Position numbers and translations under genes: made by a program. The notes beneath the pieces are model-generated. The model was not told where the DNA came from. It saw only the letters and a program-made list of their open reading frames with translations, and searched no databases. Positions 1-10,061 of a stretch of DNA of 64,000 bases are shown here, in pieces. Position 1 is the stretch's first letter; each line of letters starts with the position of its first letter. The stretch comes from an uncultured Verrucomicrobiaceae bacterium (GTDB lineage Bacteria > Pseudomonadota > Gammaproteobacteria > Pseudomonadales > CAMLJR01). The DNA lies in NCBI GenBank assembly GCA_964500675.1, contig CAZCNY010000003.1, positions 240,129-304,128 of the forward strand, written 5' to 3'.

Positions 1-2758
1 TGTGGAGATCCGCGGTGCGCGCGGCTTGCTCCAGCGTCGCAAACAAGCCCCCAAGCTGTTGCGCACCGACATTGCCAAAACCGGATTTAGCGCTGTGTGC
101 GACGCGCGCTATTTGATCGAAGTCGCGCCGCTGAATGGCTTCGTTAAGGGTTTCCAGCGTTTGTGCGTGACTGTCGAGCAAGGAGCAAATGACTTTGCGT
201 ATTATCTCGCTGCCTTTGCTTGGATTCAGATTGAATAGACGATCGAGTACCGCCGATGAAATATGACGGTAGGTCGGCGGGGCTGCGGCTTCATCGTCGC
301 GGGGCGCGCTTACCGGCGTGGCCGGCAACCACAATTTCAACGCCGCTTCGAGCGTCGCGAATTCAAAAGGTTTGGTGATGTAATCGTTCATGCCCGCTTC
401 GATACAGCGCTCGCGGTCGCCCTTCACGGCATTCGCCGTCAGCGCGATAAGCGGCAGTGCCGCAGCCGAAATACCCAGCTCGCCGCGCACGCGCCGCGCG
501 ACTTCGTAGCCATCCATAAGCGGCATGTGCACGTCGAGCAGCAACAGATCGTAGCGATGTTTGCGCAGCGCGGCGATGGCGTCGACTCCGGTTTCGACAA
601 CATCGGTATTGAGGTTGAGCGCGGCCAGCATCGCGGTGACGACGGCTTGATTGGTGCGATTATCTTCAGCGATCAGAATGCGGTAGCCATTCTGATTTTC
701 CAGCACAAGGTTTTTCGACTGCTCCTCGACGGCGTCTGGCAATGCGTTGTCGAGCTTGCTGATGCAGCGGAACAGCTGCGTGTGCAAAATAGGTTTGGTC
801 AGCTGGCAAATAAAAAGCGCCGGGTCGATCTCCCGCGTTTCGGTTGATGATGTCAGTATCAGTTGCAAATTGCGCAGCGACTCTGTGTTGCGAATGCGTT
901 TGGCCAGCTCTGGCCCGCTGCAGCGCGGCATATGCATATCGATGATGGCGGCCGTGAATGGATGCATCGCTGCGGCGTGACTCAGCGCATCGAGCAGCGC
1001 CTCGGGTTCGACGAATATGGAGACTTCCGCGCCGAGTTCTACCAACATTTCTTGCATGATGTGCAAGTTCGTCGGGTTGTCGTCGATAACGGCGATGCGC
1101 TTGTTGACAAGGCTCGGGCGCTTCGATGGCACATGAGTTTTTTCGGTGTTGTCGACATTTTGCAGCGGTACTTTCAGCCAAAATGTCGAACCGGCTCCGA
1201 GCGTCGATTTGACGCCGATGCTGCCGCCGAGCATGGCTGCCAGCGTCTGACAGATCGCGAGACCGAGACCGGTGCCGCCAAAACGGCGCGTGGTTGAATT
1301 GTCAGCCTGCTCGAATGCATTGAAGATCCGCTGCTGTTGTTCGGGCGCGATGCCGATACCGGTGTCGCGCACAGAAAATGTGGCGAGTGTGTGTTCGTGA
1401 TTCAACGGTTCGAGTTGCAACTCGACGACGATTTCGCCATGTTCGGTGAATTTGGTGGCGTTGCTGATGAAGTTGTTGAGGATCTGCCCGATGCGCTGTG
1501 CATCGGCGCAAAAAATCAGCGACTCCGCCACCGGCATCGACAGCATCAAATCGACACCCTTGCGACGCACGGCATCGGCGGCGAGCACCACGGAATCTTC
1601 GAGCAATTCTCGCAGATCGAAATGTTCGATCGACAACTCCATTTTGCCCGCTTCGATTTTTGAAAAGTCGAGAATGTCGTTGATGAGTTTGAGCAATGTT
1701 TTACTCGAATAACTCAACGTTTCCACGAAGCGGCGCTGGCGCTCATCGAGCTCGGACATTCTCAATAGTTCGGCGGTACCAATAATGCCGTTCATGGGGG
1801 TGCGGATCTCGTGACTCATCGTCGCGAGAAACTCGCTTTTCGCGCGACTCGACGCTTCCGCTTGCTCCTTCGCTTCCTGCAAGTGGCCAATGGTTTCAGA
1901 AAGTTTAGTGTTGGTGGTTACAAGTGCGTGCGTACGCTCCTGTACTTCTTGTTCAAGTTGACCGCGATGTTCGCGCAGTTCTTTATCTTGCTCTTCGATG
2001 CGATCGAGCATGTGATTGAAACCGCTGACCAGATCGCCGATTTCATCGCCGCGTGTGCCGGCTTTATCGTTTTGAGTAACGCTGGCGCGCTGCGAATAAT
2101 TGCCGTGCTCGGACACTTGCCGCATCGTGCTTTGCAGCTCCAGCAGCGGTTGCGTGACGGTCTGTTGCAGCCGGCGCGCGATGACAAGAGCGAGCAGCGT
2201 GAGCACCGCGGTCAGCGCGATGGCAAGAGCGGTGGTGCGGGCCAGAATCTCACGCAATTGTTCCTGTTGATGCACCAGTACGAGATAGCCCAGCACATCG
2301 GAGTTTTGCCGGATCGGCGTCAGTACCAGCAAGCGTTCGTGCCATGCCGACATGGGCAGGTAGACGTGCTTCATATCGCCACGTTGGGCGAGCAGCGCGT
2401 CTTTAATTTGCATCGACATTTCTGGCGAGGTTTGAGGAAATTTGTCGGTGCGATATTCGGCCAGCGCTTTGCCATTTTTGTCGAAGGCTTCGGCAAGGCT
2501 AATTTCGGGCACGGTGCGTAATGTTGTGAGCAGCTCTTTCGCGGTGGAGCTGTCCCCGAATACAACAGCGGCTTGCAGGTTGGCGGCGATCAGCTCCGCC
2601 AGATTTTCGGTAACACCCAGATTCTCATCGCGTTGCGCGCGATATTGTGCCGAGGCCATGATGCTCAATCCCAAAACCGTCGCGAGCAACACCAAGCCGC
2701 CGCTGATGAGGACCAGTTTGGTGCGAATGCTGAGTGAGCGCCGGGATGGACTGTGCAT
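1..2758 (-). CDS. hybrid sensor histidine kinase (TM/periplasmic sensor, HAMP, HisKA, HATPase, two receivers, HPt); its 3' end runs off the window
   Basis: Absent from the ORF track because there is no stop inside the window. My reverse-strand translation from ATG 2758 stays open to position 2. It reads [21 protein letters not shown]..., H-box [18 protein letters not shown], receivers IIDMHMP and [13 protein letters not shown]...TKP, and HPt [11 protein letters not shown]. The + strand ORFs 263-847, 863-1297 and 1811-2521 are its antisense shadows. Confidence 0.85.
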   Translation of the reverse strand, partial: MHSPSRRSLSIRTKLVLISGGLVLLATVLGLSIMASAQYRAQRDENLGVTENLAELIAANLQAAVVFGDSSTAKELLTTLRTVPEISLAEAFDKNGKALAEYRTDKFPQTSPEMSMQIKDALLAQRGDMKHVYLPMSAWHERLLVLTPIRQNSDVLGYLVLVHQQEQLREILARTTALAIALTAVLTLLALVIARRLQQTVTQPLLELQSTMRQVSEHGNYSQRASVTQNDKAGTRGDEIGDLVSGFNHMLDRIEEQDKELREHRGQLEQEVQERTHALVTTNTKLSETIGHLQEAKEQAEASSRAKSEFLATMSHEIRTPMNGIIGTAELLRMSELDERQRRFVETLSYSSKTLLKLINDILDFSKIEAGKMELSIEHFDLRELLEDSVVLAADAVRRKGVDLMLSMPVAESLIFCADAQRIGQILNNFISNATKFTEHGEIVVELQLEPLNHEHTLATFSVRDTGIGIAPEQQQRIFNAFEQADNSTTRRFGGTGLGLAICQTLAAMLGGSIGVKSTLGAGSTFWLKVPLQNVDNTEKTHVPSKRPSLVNKRIAVIDDNPTNLHIMQEMLVELGAEVSIFVEPEALLDALSHAAAMHPFTAAIIDMHMPRCSGPELAKRIRNTESLRNLQLILTSSTETREIDPALFICQLTKPILHTQLFRCISKLDNALPDAVEEQSKNLVLENQNGYRILIAEDNRTNQAVVTAMLAALNLNTDVVETGVDAIAALRKHRYDLLLLDVHMPLMDGYEVARRVRGELGISAAALPLIALTANAVKGDRERCIEAGMNDYITKPFEFATLEAALKLWLPATPVSAPRDDEAAAPPTYRHISSAVLDRLFNLNPSKGSEIIRKVICSLLDSHAQTLETLNEAIQRRDFDQIARVAHSAKSGFGNVGAQQLGGLFATLEQAARTADLH

Positions 2759-2760
2759 GG

Positions 2761-3285
2761 TTAATTTTCCGGTAATGCCAGTTGCAGCAGTTTGGCGTTG
2801 ATGTTCAGATGAAATTTTTCGGCGAGCTCCTGATTGATGCGAAAGCGTTGGCGATCTTCCACCACGATGAGTTGAACCATGCCGCCGAGCGCGAGAAAAC
2901 TCGGCGCATCGCTGATGGTCAGTGTTGCCTCGTGGTTATCGGTGAGAATGGTTGAAATCGCAGCCATGCGCACGACGTCATCGGGCGCGATGTAGAGGAC
3001 GCGACACCCGGATAGATCGCCATCGCGTCGAACCGGCCGCACGGTGACGGATAATCCGTTGAGCGGTTTGCCTGCCAGTGCCATCAGTGCATCGGCGATC
3101 AAGTTATCGCCAACGGTGCAGATGTCAAAATCGGCGTTCTTGATTGCGGTGCGCGGCCACTGCACGAAACGAGCGATGTTGAAAATCACGGCCGCGCGCA
3201 GCTCTGCTTCCGTCGCAGCGCGCGCGAATGCGGGAGCGATTGCCAGCAACAGGCAAAATAGTAAGGAGTAAATAGAGGGGCGCAT
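2761..3285 (-). CDS. YfiR-like periplasmic protein (DUF4154 family)
   Basis: Signal peptide [23 protein letters not shown] is followed by [18 protein letters not shown], which is typical of YfiR/DUF4154. Its stop lies 2 nt before the kinase ATG. The track start at 3303 is a GTG overlapping the receptor stop; I prefer ATG 3285. Confidence 0.75.
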   Translation of the reverse strand: MRPSIYSLLFCLLLAIAPAFARAATEAELRAAVIFNIARFVQWPRTAIKNADFDICTVGDNLIADALMALAGKPLNGLSVTVRPVRRDGDLSGCRVLYIAPDDVVRMAAISTILTDNHEATLTISDAPSFLALGGMVQLIVVEDRQRFRINQELAEKFHLNINAKLLQLALPEN

Positions 3286-3290
3286 CGAAC

Positions 3291-5360
3291 TCAGAAATTC
3301 CACGTCGCCCTGACGTACGCGGCGCGGCGTACTTCGGTGGGCTTGGCGCCAGCCTCGCTGGAGAATTCGAGGCGCGAATTGTCGAGCAGATTTTTACCCA
3401 ATAAAGCGAGTTGTAATTGCGTCGTGATCTGCCACCTGACATTCAAATCGCAATCGAGATAACTGGGAACTTTCTGGTTTTCCAGCAGCGTTGCATTGTA
3501 TGGATGATCGAGCTCCGAAACATATTTGAGTTGCAGCTGGGTTGACCAGCGATTGGCAAAATCCCAATCGGTGCGCAGCCCCAGCTGGTGTTTCGGCGAT
3601 GAGTGATTGACGTCATCCGAAAATTTAAAGCCGGATTCCTGGATGGTAATGGAGTTCAGTGCGACATGGGTCTCGCTCCAGAATGCCTGCAGGCGCAGCG
3701 TGCTCAGCGGCGCCCAACTCGTTACCAGTTCGCCGCCATAGACGTCGCCGTCCATGGCGTTGCCGAAGGGCATTTGCGCGATAATCTGCCCATCGGGGGT
3801 GGTTGTAAAATCGCCGTTGTACTCGACGACGCGTAAGCTATCGTAGCGATTCCAGTAAAGGGCAAGGTCGATCGAGACGCTCTCGATGGGCTGTAATCGA
3901 TATCCCAGTTCGTACGACAGCATTTCCTCGGTTTTTAAATCTTTGCTTCCGCGCAGTTGCAGTGTTATCGGTAATACCCCGTATGGGGGTACATCGAATG
4001 AGCTGGGAAAATCCGCGGCGAGATCGCGATCGACGCGCGAAGGTGTGCGCGCCGCGCGCGATATGGCGCCCCATAATTTCTGGCGATCGCTCACATTCCA
4101 AAGCGCGCGCAGGCTGGGCTGGAGCACCCAATGGTGTTGTGCATCGTATTCGAGCCGCGCGCCCGCGGTTGTGCGCACGCGCCCGCCCGCAAACATGAGT
4201 TCATCCTGAAAAAATAAGCTGCTGTCGCTGTCATTTGCACTCGCGGGGTCCAGGCTGAACGCAGCTGTTGGCTTGGTTTCGTCGGTTCTATAGCGGATAT
4301 CGGCGCCCCAGACCAAGTCGTGTCCTGCCCACGGTTGGAAATGGTGCTGAAAGTCAAAATCGTAGTTGTCCTCCGATATCGCTAAAAACTCATCGCGCTT
4401 GGAATGGCTCCACGCGAACTGTGCCGACCACTCCGAGGTGAGTGTATAGGCGTGCGTGAGATTCAATAACAGCGAGTTGCCGTGCACGGTTGATGCGGGC
4501 GTGACCGCCGCGCCGACGGTAAAAGTGTTCGGAGGCAAATGTGTAGGGTCTAGCGGATTGTTATTAGTGTCCAATTGATAGGCATCGCCTTGCGCCATTA
4601 ATCGTGTGCCGGTGGCTAAATCCCAATCGCCGCGAAACCCGGTGCGCAAGCCATCCCATGCGTCGTCGGCCTTGCCTGAGGGAGATGCGGCGGAGTTACC
4701 GTGTTTCTCGCCGCTCGCATACATGCGCGCAAAGCCGCCTTCACCGATTTGAAAACCCTGCTGAGCGAGCAGGTCGCGGTTATCGTTGCTGCCAATGCTG
4801 CTCCGCAACAAGGTGCCCTGCGTTGCTCCGCTGTTGCGCGTAATGATATTGATAACGCCATTGACCGCATTGGAGCCCCATAGCGCTGCATTGGCACCGC
4901 GAATGACCTCGATGCGCTCGATGTCTTCGAACGGGATATTGTACGAATCCCAGTAAACACCGGAGAAAGTTCGTGTGTAGATGGAGCGGCCATCGATAAG
5001 CACTTCCAGCTTATTGCTCCATTGCCCGCCGAGACCGCGAATACCGATGGCCGCGCTATGGCTGTTGATGGCGCCGCCTTCGACGCCGGGCACCGAAAGC
5101 AGGAGTTCCGGCAGTGTGGTGGCGCCGGAGCGCATGATGTCGTCGTGCGTCAATACAAAAACCGCCGCTGGGGTTTCCGAGAGCTTTTGCTCTTTTTTGG
5201 AGGCGGTGGTGATCTCCATGTTCAACAGTTGATCGATGCTGAGATCGGCCAGATCGTTAGCGGCAAATACAGAATTGCATACCGCCATCAGTAACCACGG
5301 AAATAGAACGCGCTTTATTATCTTGGTTGCACCTACGCGGTAATCTTTCATAACGACCAA
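3291..5360 (-). CDS. TonB-dependent outer-membrane receptor
   Basis: 689 aa with a signal peptide. Plug-region motifs are DLSIDQLLNMEITTASKKEQ and ETPAAVFVLTHDDIMRSGATTLPELL. The rest looks like a long beta-barrel and ends in a C-terminal aromatic residue (...RATWNF). Confidence 0.9.
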   Translation of the reverse strand: MVVMKDYRVGATKIIKRVLFPWLLMAVCNSVFAANDLADLSIDQLLNMEITTASKKEQKLSETPAAVFVLTHDDIMRSGATTLPELLLSVPGVEGGAINSHSAAIGIRGLGGQWSNKLEVLIDGRSIYTRTFSGVYWDSYNIPFEDIERIEVIRGANAALWGSNAVNGVINIITRNSGATQGTLLRSSIGSNDNRDLLAQQGFQIGEGGFARMYASGEKHGNSAASPSGKADDAWDGLRTGFRGDWDLATGTRLMAQGDAYQLDTNNNPLDPTHLPPNTFTVGAAVTPASTVHGNSLLLNLTHAYTLTSEWSAQFAWSHSKRDEFLAISEDNYDFDFQHHFQPWAGHDLVWGADIRYRTDETKPTAAFSLDPASANDSDSSLFFQDELMFAGGRVRTTAGARLEYDAQHHWVLQPSLRALWNVSDRQKLWGAISRAARTPSRVDRDLAADFPSSFDVPPYGVLPITLQLRGSKDLKTEEMLSYELGYRLQPIESVSIDLALYWNRYDSLRVVEYNGDFTTTPDGQIIAQMPFGNAMDGDVYGGELVTSWAPLSTLRLQAFWSETHVALNSITIQESGFKFSDDVNHSSPKHQLGLRTDWDFANRWSTQLQLKYVSELDHPYNATLLENQKVPSYLDCDLNVRWQITTQLQLALLGKNLLDNSRLEFSSEAGAKPTEVRRAAYVRATWNF

Positions 5361-5544
5361 ACTCAGGCAATGTTATTGGAGCGCGTAAACCCGAGTTTTG
5401 CCGTGAGCGTCGCGTCGCGCAAATCGGGTGGTTTTTGATGCAGTGTAGTGTCGATTCGGTTCCTCTGCCTGCTGATCGAGCGGGGAAATAACCAGAACCG
5501 ATTTCAAATTCGAAAATCAAGAATTTAGCTATAAAAATTCAGAG

Positions 5545-6087
5545 CTAGTTTTTGACGGGATATTTTTGCAATTTGCGTTGCAGTGTGCGGCGATGCATGC
5601 CGAGTGCGCGCGCAGTGGCGGAGATATTGCCTTGATGGTCGAGCAATACTTTTTGTATATGTTCCCATTCGAGCCGGTCGACCGAATGTGGTTGGACTGG
5701 TATCGGAGGCGCGACAGCGTGAGCCTGGCCATCGAATGCTGCGAGAATCTCGTCGATTCCGGCTGGTTTGCACAGGTAATTCAGTGCGCCGCGCTTTACC
5801 GCTTCGACCGCTGTAGCGATGCTCGAATAGCCTGTCAGCATGACGATTTCAATTGTCGGCGCTATTTGTTTTAGCGCAGCGATAATGTCGAGGCCGGATT
5901 CGTGCGTCAATTTCAGATCGATTAAGGCGCGTTGCGGGTGATGAGCCCGCGCGAGTGTCAATGCTGCGTTGCCGTCGCTCGCATCGCACACAGTAAAACC
6001 GCGGCGTTGCAGCGCGCGCGTGAGCGCTTCGCGAAAACTCGCATCATCATCGACGATCAAAAAGTCGTGATTTGCCATCGCCGCCAT
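5545..6087 (-). CDS. regA: RegA/PrrA/RoxR-type response regulator (receiver plus Fis-type HTH)
   Basis: Receiver motifs FLIVDDD...IDLKL...MLTGY are present. The C-terminal HTH reads NISATARALGMHRRTLQRKL. I prefer the internal ATG at 6087 (MAAMANHDF), which lies 13 nt after the kinase stop; the track's 6207 start overlaps the kinase. Confidence 0.85.
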   Translation of the reverse strand: MAAMANHDFLIVDDDASFREALTRALQRRGFTVCDASDGNAALTLARAHHPQRALIDLKLTHESGLDIIAALKQIAPTIEIVMLTGYSSIATAVEAVKRGALNYLCKPAGIDEILAAFDGQAHAVAPPIPVQPHSVDRLEWEHIQKVLLDHQGNISATARALGMHRRTLQRKLQKYPVKN

Positions 6088-6100
6088 TTTTGATTTTCCT

Positions 6101-7390
6101 TCAGATTTTCCGTTGTGAATTTGCGTCCACAATCGGTAATCGCAGCACGGCTTCGGTGCCGCCCGCAGGGTGGTTGAATAAACGAATATCTCCGCCGCAG
6201 CGCTCAATGGTGGCGTGACTCAAAAATAAACCGAGGCCCAGGCCGCTGCGTTTATTCGTGACAAACGGTTTACCCAATTGCTCGGCGATGTCGAGCGGAA
6301 TGCCGGGGCCGTGATCGCGAATACGCAACTCGATCATTCGCGTATCCCGGCCCAGCTGTAATTCGAGCGGCCCGCTCCGCGTGTCGGCAGCATTATCGAG
6401 CAAATGCATGAGCGCTTGCCGTAAAGCTTCGTCGATGCGAATTTGCGGCATTGGTGTCGAATCGATATTCAGTTGATAGCGCGCGTCGGGGCGCACGATC
6501 TGCCAGCGTTCGAGCAACTCTTGAAGAAATACATCCGCGCGCTGCGGAATATATTGTTGTTGACGATGTGTCTCCGCGGTATCGACCAATTTTTTCAGTG
6601 TTGCGCGGCATATTTGCGCCTGTTGTTTGAGTGTGGCGATATCGACGCGCAATTGCGCATCAGTGTTATGTGTTACATCCAGTTCATGTTGTATTTCATC
6701 TAACACCAGCGTCATGGTGTTGAGTGGCGTGCCGAGTTCGTGCGCGGTGCCTGCGGCCAGTGTCGCGACTGCCAGCAGTTGTTCACTGTGCAGCGCATTT
6801 TCGCGGCGCATGTTTAATTCGAGTTGTTGCTCGCGCAGTGCGTTCGCCATGCGCACGACCACAATCGCAATCAGCGCAGCCGACAGCGCGAAATTGCACC
6901 ACATACCCAAGATATGCGGATTGATAGCGCCGTTGTGGTGGATATGTTCGGGCGAGAGGGAAAATAACGGCAGCGGCACATAAAAAAATAACAGCGCGCT
7001 GTAAGCGCCGATGCAGATCAGCGCAAGAGTTAACGTATAGCGCCACGGCAAAATCGTCGCCGCGATCACCAGCGGCACCAGGTAGTACGACACAAACGGA
7101 TTGGTGGCGCCACCGCTGGCGTAAAGCAGCGTGCTGAGACCGCCGACATCGATGAGCAATTGCGAGAAGAATTCGAGATCGGTGACAGGCCATGACTGAC
7201 CGAGGCGCCAGAAGGTGAAAATGGTTGCGAGCAGCATCGCGCATACAGTGCCGATCAGCCACGGATAATCCAGCGGCGCACGCAGCCAACCGAAGGCATA
7301 CAGCATGGCGGCGATCTGCGCGGTGATAACGATGAGCCGTGCCAGCGCGAGACGTTGCAGGTTAGCTCTGACTGCGGTCAACGACGCCAT
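6101..7390 (-). CDS. regB: RegB/PrrB/RoxS-type redox-sensing histidine kinase
   Basis: Multi-TM N-terminus contains GGATNPF, matching the GGxxNPF quinone-site motif of RegB. The H-box is AAGTAHELGTPLNT, with a Cys downstream (QAQICRATL). An ATPase domain follows (GLGLGLF). Confidence 0.85.
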   Translation of the reverse strand: MASLTAVRANLQRLALARLIVITAQIAAMLYAFGWLRAPLDYPWLIGTVCAMLLATIFTFWRLGQSWPVTDLEFFSQLLIDVGGLSTLLYASGGATNPFVSYYLVPLVIAATILPWRYTLTLALICIGAYSALLFFYVPLPLFSLSPEHIHHNGAINPHILGMWCNFALSAALIAIVVVRMANALREQQLELNMRRENALHSEQLLAVATLAAGTAHELGTPLNTMTLVLDEIQHELDVTHNTDAQLRVDIATLKQQAQICRATLKKLVDTAETHRQQQYIPQRADVFLQELLERWQIVRPDARYQLNIDSTPMPQIRIDEALRQALMHLLDNAADTRSGPLELQLGRDTRMIELRIRDHGPGIPLDIAEQLGKPFVTNKRSGLGLGLFLSHATIERCGGDIRLFNHPAGGTEAVLRLPIVDANSQRKI

Positions 7391-7575
7391 AACACCTGTA
7401 AAGACATAACAACCATAAATAAAAGAGAAAGTTTTTGGGAGGTGGAAGATTATACGCGATCGCTGTATCGCGCTCGCTGCGGCGCAATGTCGCAGGCGAT
7501 ATCAGGTGCGATTCATTTTTTCGTAACGTAAATAGCGCAGCATCGAGCGCGACGATTTTTCTAGGAGAACGCACG

Positions 7576-9042
7576 ATGAACAAAAAAATGCTGCCGTTAT
7601 TTATTTCTGCTGCGTTGCTGGCGGGTTTGGCGCATGCCGAAGTCAACTTGATCGCGATCGGTGGCATCGATGGCGCGTATGAGGACTTGGCCACGAAAAC
7701 CGCCGCGCCGCTTGAAAATGGCGTGCCGGGCAATCGCCTCGGCGGCATCGGTTCCGGTTTGGCGTATGCGGGCGGTAGCAGCTTTCTGGCGCTGCCGGAT
7801 CGCGGACCGAATGCCAATGCCTACAACAGCGCGGTCGACGACACCGTGTCATACATCGCGCGCTTTCAAACGCTCAATTTGAGCCTCGCGCCGAGCGATG
7901 CGGGTTCGGCACTGCCGTTCACGCTGACGCCAACGCTGCGCGACACCACCTTGTTGTCGAGCCGCGAACCGCTGGTTTACGGCAGTGGCGATGGTCTCGG
8001 TTATCGCATCGATGGCGTAACGCCGCTCGGCTCCGGCGCGCCCGCGCTCAACGCCATAAACCATACACACTACTTCACGGGCCGCTCGGATAATTTCGAT
8101 CCGTCGCAGCCGTCGACGAATCCGCTCAATGCGCGTCTCGATCCCGAAAGTCTCCGCGTGTCTCCGGATGGCCGCCGCGTCTATGTGTCCGATGAATACG
8201 GTCCTTACGTCTATGAATTCGACCGCGTCAGCGGTCAGCGTCTGCGCGCCTTCGCGCTGCCGGCCAATCTCGCGATCGCGACGTTGAGCGCGCAGAAAGG
8301 TGTCGAGATTGCCAGCAATACGGTAGGTCGCGTTACTAACAAGGGCATGGAAGGTCTCGCGATTACTCCCGATGGCCGTATGCTTGTCGGCATCATGCAG
8401 GCCAATCTCGAACAGGATAAGAAAAAGAGTTTGCGCCTCGTTACGATCGATACGCGCACGGGCGCCAGCCATGAATACGCCTACAAGCTGACCGACGGTT
8501 CGGGCGTGAGCGACATTGTCGCGGTCAATGATCATCAGTTTCTGGTCGATGAGCGCGATGGCAATGGTCTGGCGGATACACCGCTGCTAACTGATACCGC
8601 GTCCGCAGCCAAGGTGAAAAAATTGTATTTAATCGATCTCGATGGCGCCCAGGATGTCACCGATTTGAGCGGCGATCTTTCCGCCTACGCAGTTAGCAAG
8701 AGCGCGACGCCATTTCTCGATGTCGTCGCCACACTCACTGCAACGGGTATCAACAGCTATTTGATTCCGTCGAAAATCGAAGGCATCGCGTTCGGGCAGG
8801 ATATCGTTATCAACGGCGTTACCAAGCACACCTTGTTTATCGCCAACGACAATGATTTCCTGGCGACGATCGCGGATCCGCTGAAATTGCCGGGTGATCC
8901 GAGTCGCGGCATGGTGGCGAACCCGAATCAATTTTATGTATTCGCGTTCGACGACAGCGATTTGCCGGGTTATGTTCCGCAGAAAATCCGCGAACTTAAA
9001 GATGACGGTGGCTGCGGTTGGCACGGCAAATTCGATTTTTAA
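7576..9042 (+). CDS. secreted protein of the 'esterase-like activity of phytase' family
   Basis: AGGAGA RBS at 7564-7569 precedes ATG 7576. Signal peptide is MNKKMLPLFISAALLAGLAHA. Repeated beta-propeller-like blocks occur (EGLAITPDGR, SKIEGIAF, FIANDNDF). The family call is from pattern memory only. Confidence 0.6.
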   Translation: MNKKMLPLFISAALLAGLAHAEVNLIAIGGIDGAYEDLATKTAAPLENGVPGNRLGGIGSGLAYAGGSSFLALPDRGPNANAYNSAVDDTVSYIARFQTLNLSLAPSDAGSALPFTLTPTLRDTTLLSSREPLVYGSGDGLGYRIDGVTPLGSGAPALNAINHTHYFTGRSDNFDPSQPSTNPLNARLDPESLRVSPDGRRVYVSDEYGPYVYEFDRVSGQRLRAFALPANLAIATLSAQKGVEIASNTVGRVTNKGMEGLAITPDGRMLVGIMQANLEQDKKKSLRLVTIDTRTGASHEYAYKLTDGSGVSDIVAVNDHQFLVDERDGNGLADTPLLTDTASAAKVKKLYLIDLDGAQDVTDLSGDLSAYAVSKSATPFLDVVATLTATGINSYLIPSKIEGIAFGQDIVINGVTKHTLFIANDNDFLATIADPLKLPGDPSRGMVANPNQFYVFAFDDSDLPGYVPQKIRELKDDGGCGWHGKFDF

Positions 9043-9116
9043 AATCAGCGTATTACTTTTTAAAACCGACGCACTATCAAGGGTGTAGCGCACCGCGCCA
9101 GACCCTGTTTCGCGAC

Positions 9117-9151
9117 ACGGCAGCGTCAATACATACCGCTGCCGTTTTTTG
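9117..9151 (+). terminator. rho-independent terminator after the phytase-like gene
   Basis: Stem ACGGCAGCG (9117-9125) pairs with CGCTGCCGT (9137-9145), followed by TTTTTT. Confidence 0.6.
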
Positions 9152-9299
9152 TTTTCCGCATATCTCTCTTGCGCATCGCTCCCTGCTGTGTGGCGGTTTC
9201 GAGTATCATTACGCGCTTTTTCCGGCCTGCGGTCCAGCTATGTATGTCTCGATACTTCGGGAGCATTTGCGCAGCGCGGGCAACGATAGAGATGTGACT

Positions 9300-9380
9300 A
9301 TGGCCGATAGCAAATTGCTGGATGAAGTGAAAGCGCGACGCACGTTCGCTATCATCTCCCACCCCGACATTATCCTCTGA
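9300..9380 (+). pseudogene. prfC: displaced native 5' end of prfC (26-codon stub)
   Basis: Encodes [23 protein letters not shown], then IIL-stop. It is colinear with the first 23 residues of the intact RF3 at 10926 ([23 protein letters not shown]). Its codons are GC-rich like the host. Confidence 0.85.
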
Positions 9381-9494
9381 GTCATGTGTAGCCAACCCAA
9401 GACATATTCCCAATTAATCTTTTGTTTTTATTGAAAAATAATTCCTCCGCCGCGACAATCTGAGTCAAGCCAAGACAAGCCGAGACAGCAAAAA

Positions 9495-9554
9495 CGTGTA
9501 CACATCCGTGTACATAAAACGGCAATTTGGCGCTTCCGAAATATCGTGTACACA
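9495..9554. repeat. three CGTGTACA(C/T)A palindromic motifs at the left end of the element
   Basis: GTGTACAC at 9496-9503, GTGTACAT at 9508-9515 (12-bp spacing) and GTGTACAC at 9546-9553, the last 14 bp before the integrase-fragment ATG. Confidence 0.75.
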
Positions 9555-9566
9555 GCCGGGGAGTTT

Positions 9567-9773
9567 ATGGCGATTTCAGATGCGTGGTTGAAGGCCAACC
9601 ACGGAAAGACACGCGCATCACGCGAAGAGAGAATGGACCGTGATGGTTTTGGTATTCGCATTACGCCTGCTGGAAAAATAATTTTTCAGATGCGTTATCG
9701 CTACAACAGCAAAAATCCAAAGCGTCTTGATGTTGGCTCCTATCCTTTAATGTCTTTAAAAGAGGCGCGTGTA
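9567..9773 (+). pseudogene. P4-type tyrosine integrase, N-terminal arm-binding fragment only
   Basis: MAISDAWLKANHGK...DGFGIRITPAGKIIFQMRYRY...KRLDVGSYPLMSLKEARV follows the DUF4102/P4-integrase N-terminal pattern. Homology stops at a T8 run (9779-9787), and no catalytic domain follows. Confidence 0.7.
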
Positions 9774-9836
9774 TCCGCATTTTTTTTGTGCGGGAGGAAA
9801 GTGATATTAACGATGCAGATACATATTTCGGGGTCG

Positions 9837-10055
9837 ATGACAATTAAGCAGCTCAAGCAGACTTTATTTGAGAAATTGAACGAAGTGCACGACGAATATG
9901 CAGTAGGCCATGTGAAAGGTGCGACGCTGTATTTTCACCCCACCGACGAAATTGGCCAAGAAGTAATTTTGATGAAGGCAGGTCGGCGCGTGAATAAAAT
10001 TCTCACGAACGGCCCTTACAAATGCGCTGCGGACGAATACTCCATGGGGGGCTAA
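9837..10055 (+). CDS. hypothetical small protein (72 aa; alternative start at 9813)
   Basis: It is in the same frame as the integrase fragment but unrelated in sequence (MTIKQLKQTLFEKLNEVHDEY...). It is AT-rich element DNA. I recognise no family. Confidence 0.35.
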   Translation: MTIKQLKQTLFEKLNEVHDEYAVGHVKGATLYFHPTDEIGQEVILMKAGRRVNKILTNGPYKCAADEYSMGG

Positions 10056-10061
10056 TTAATT

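Noticed and set aside
263-2521. Several + strand ORFs (263-847, 863-1297, 1811-2521) that appear to be the only long ORFs at the left edge.
   Set aside because: Their reverse complements translate into a continuous, motif-rich hybrid histidine kinase. The + strand products are Arg-rich, low-information antisense shadows.
9546-10055. The 169-aa ORF taken as a single intact gene.
   Set aside because: It is a chimera. Residues 8-76 match an integrase arm-binding domain and the remainder is unrelated. Homology breaks at a T8 run. I treat it as an integrase pseudogene plus a possible separate small ORF.
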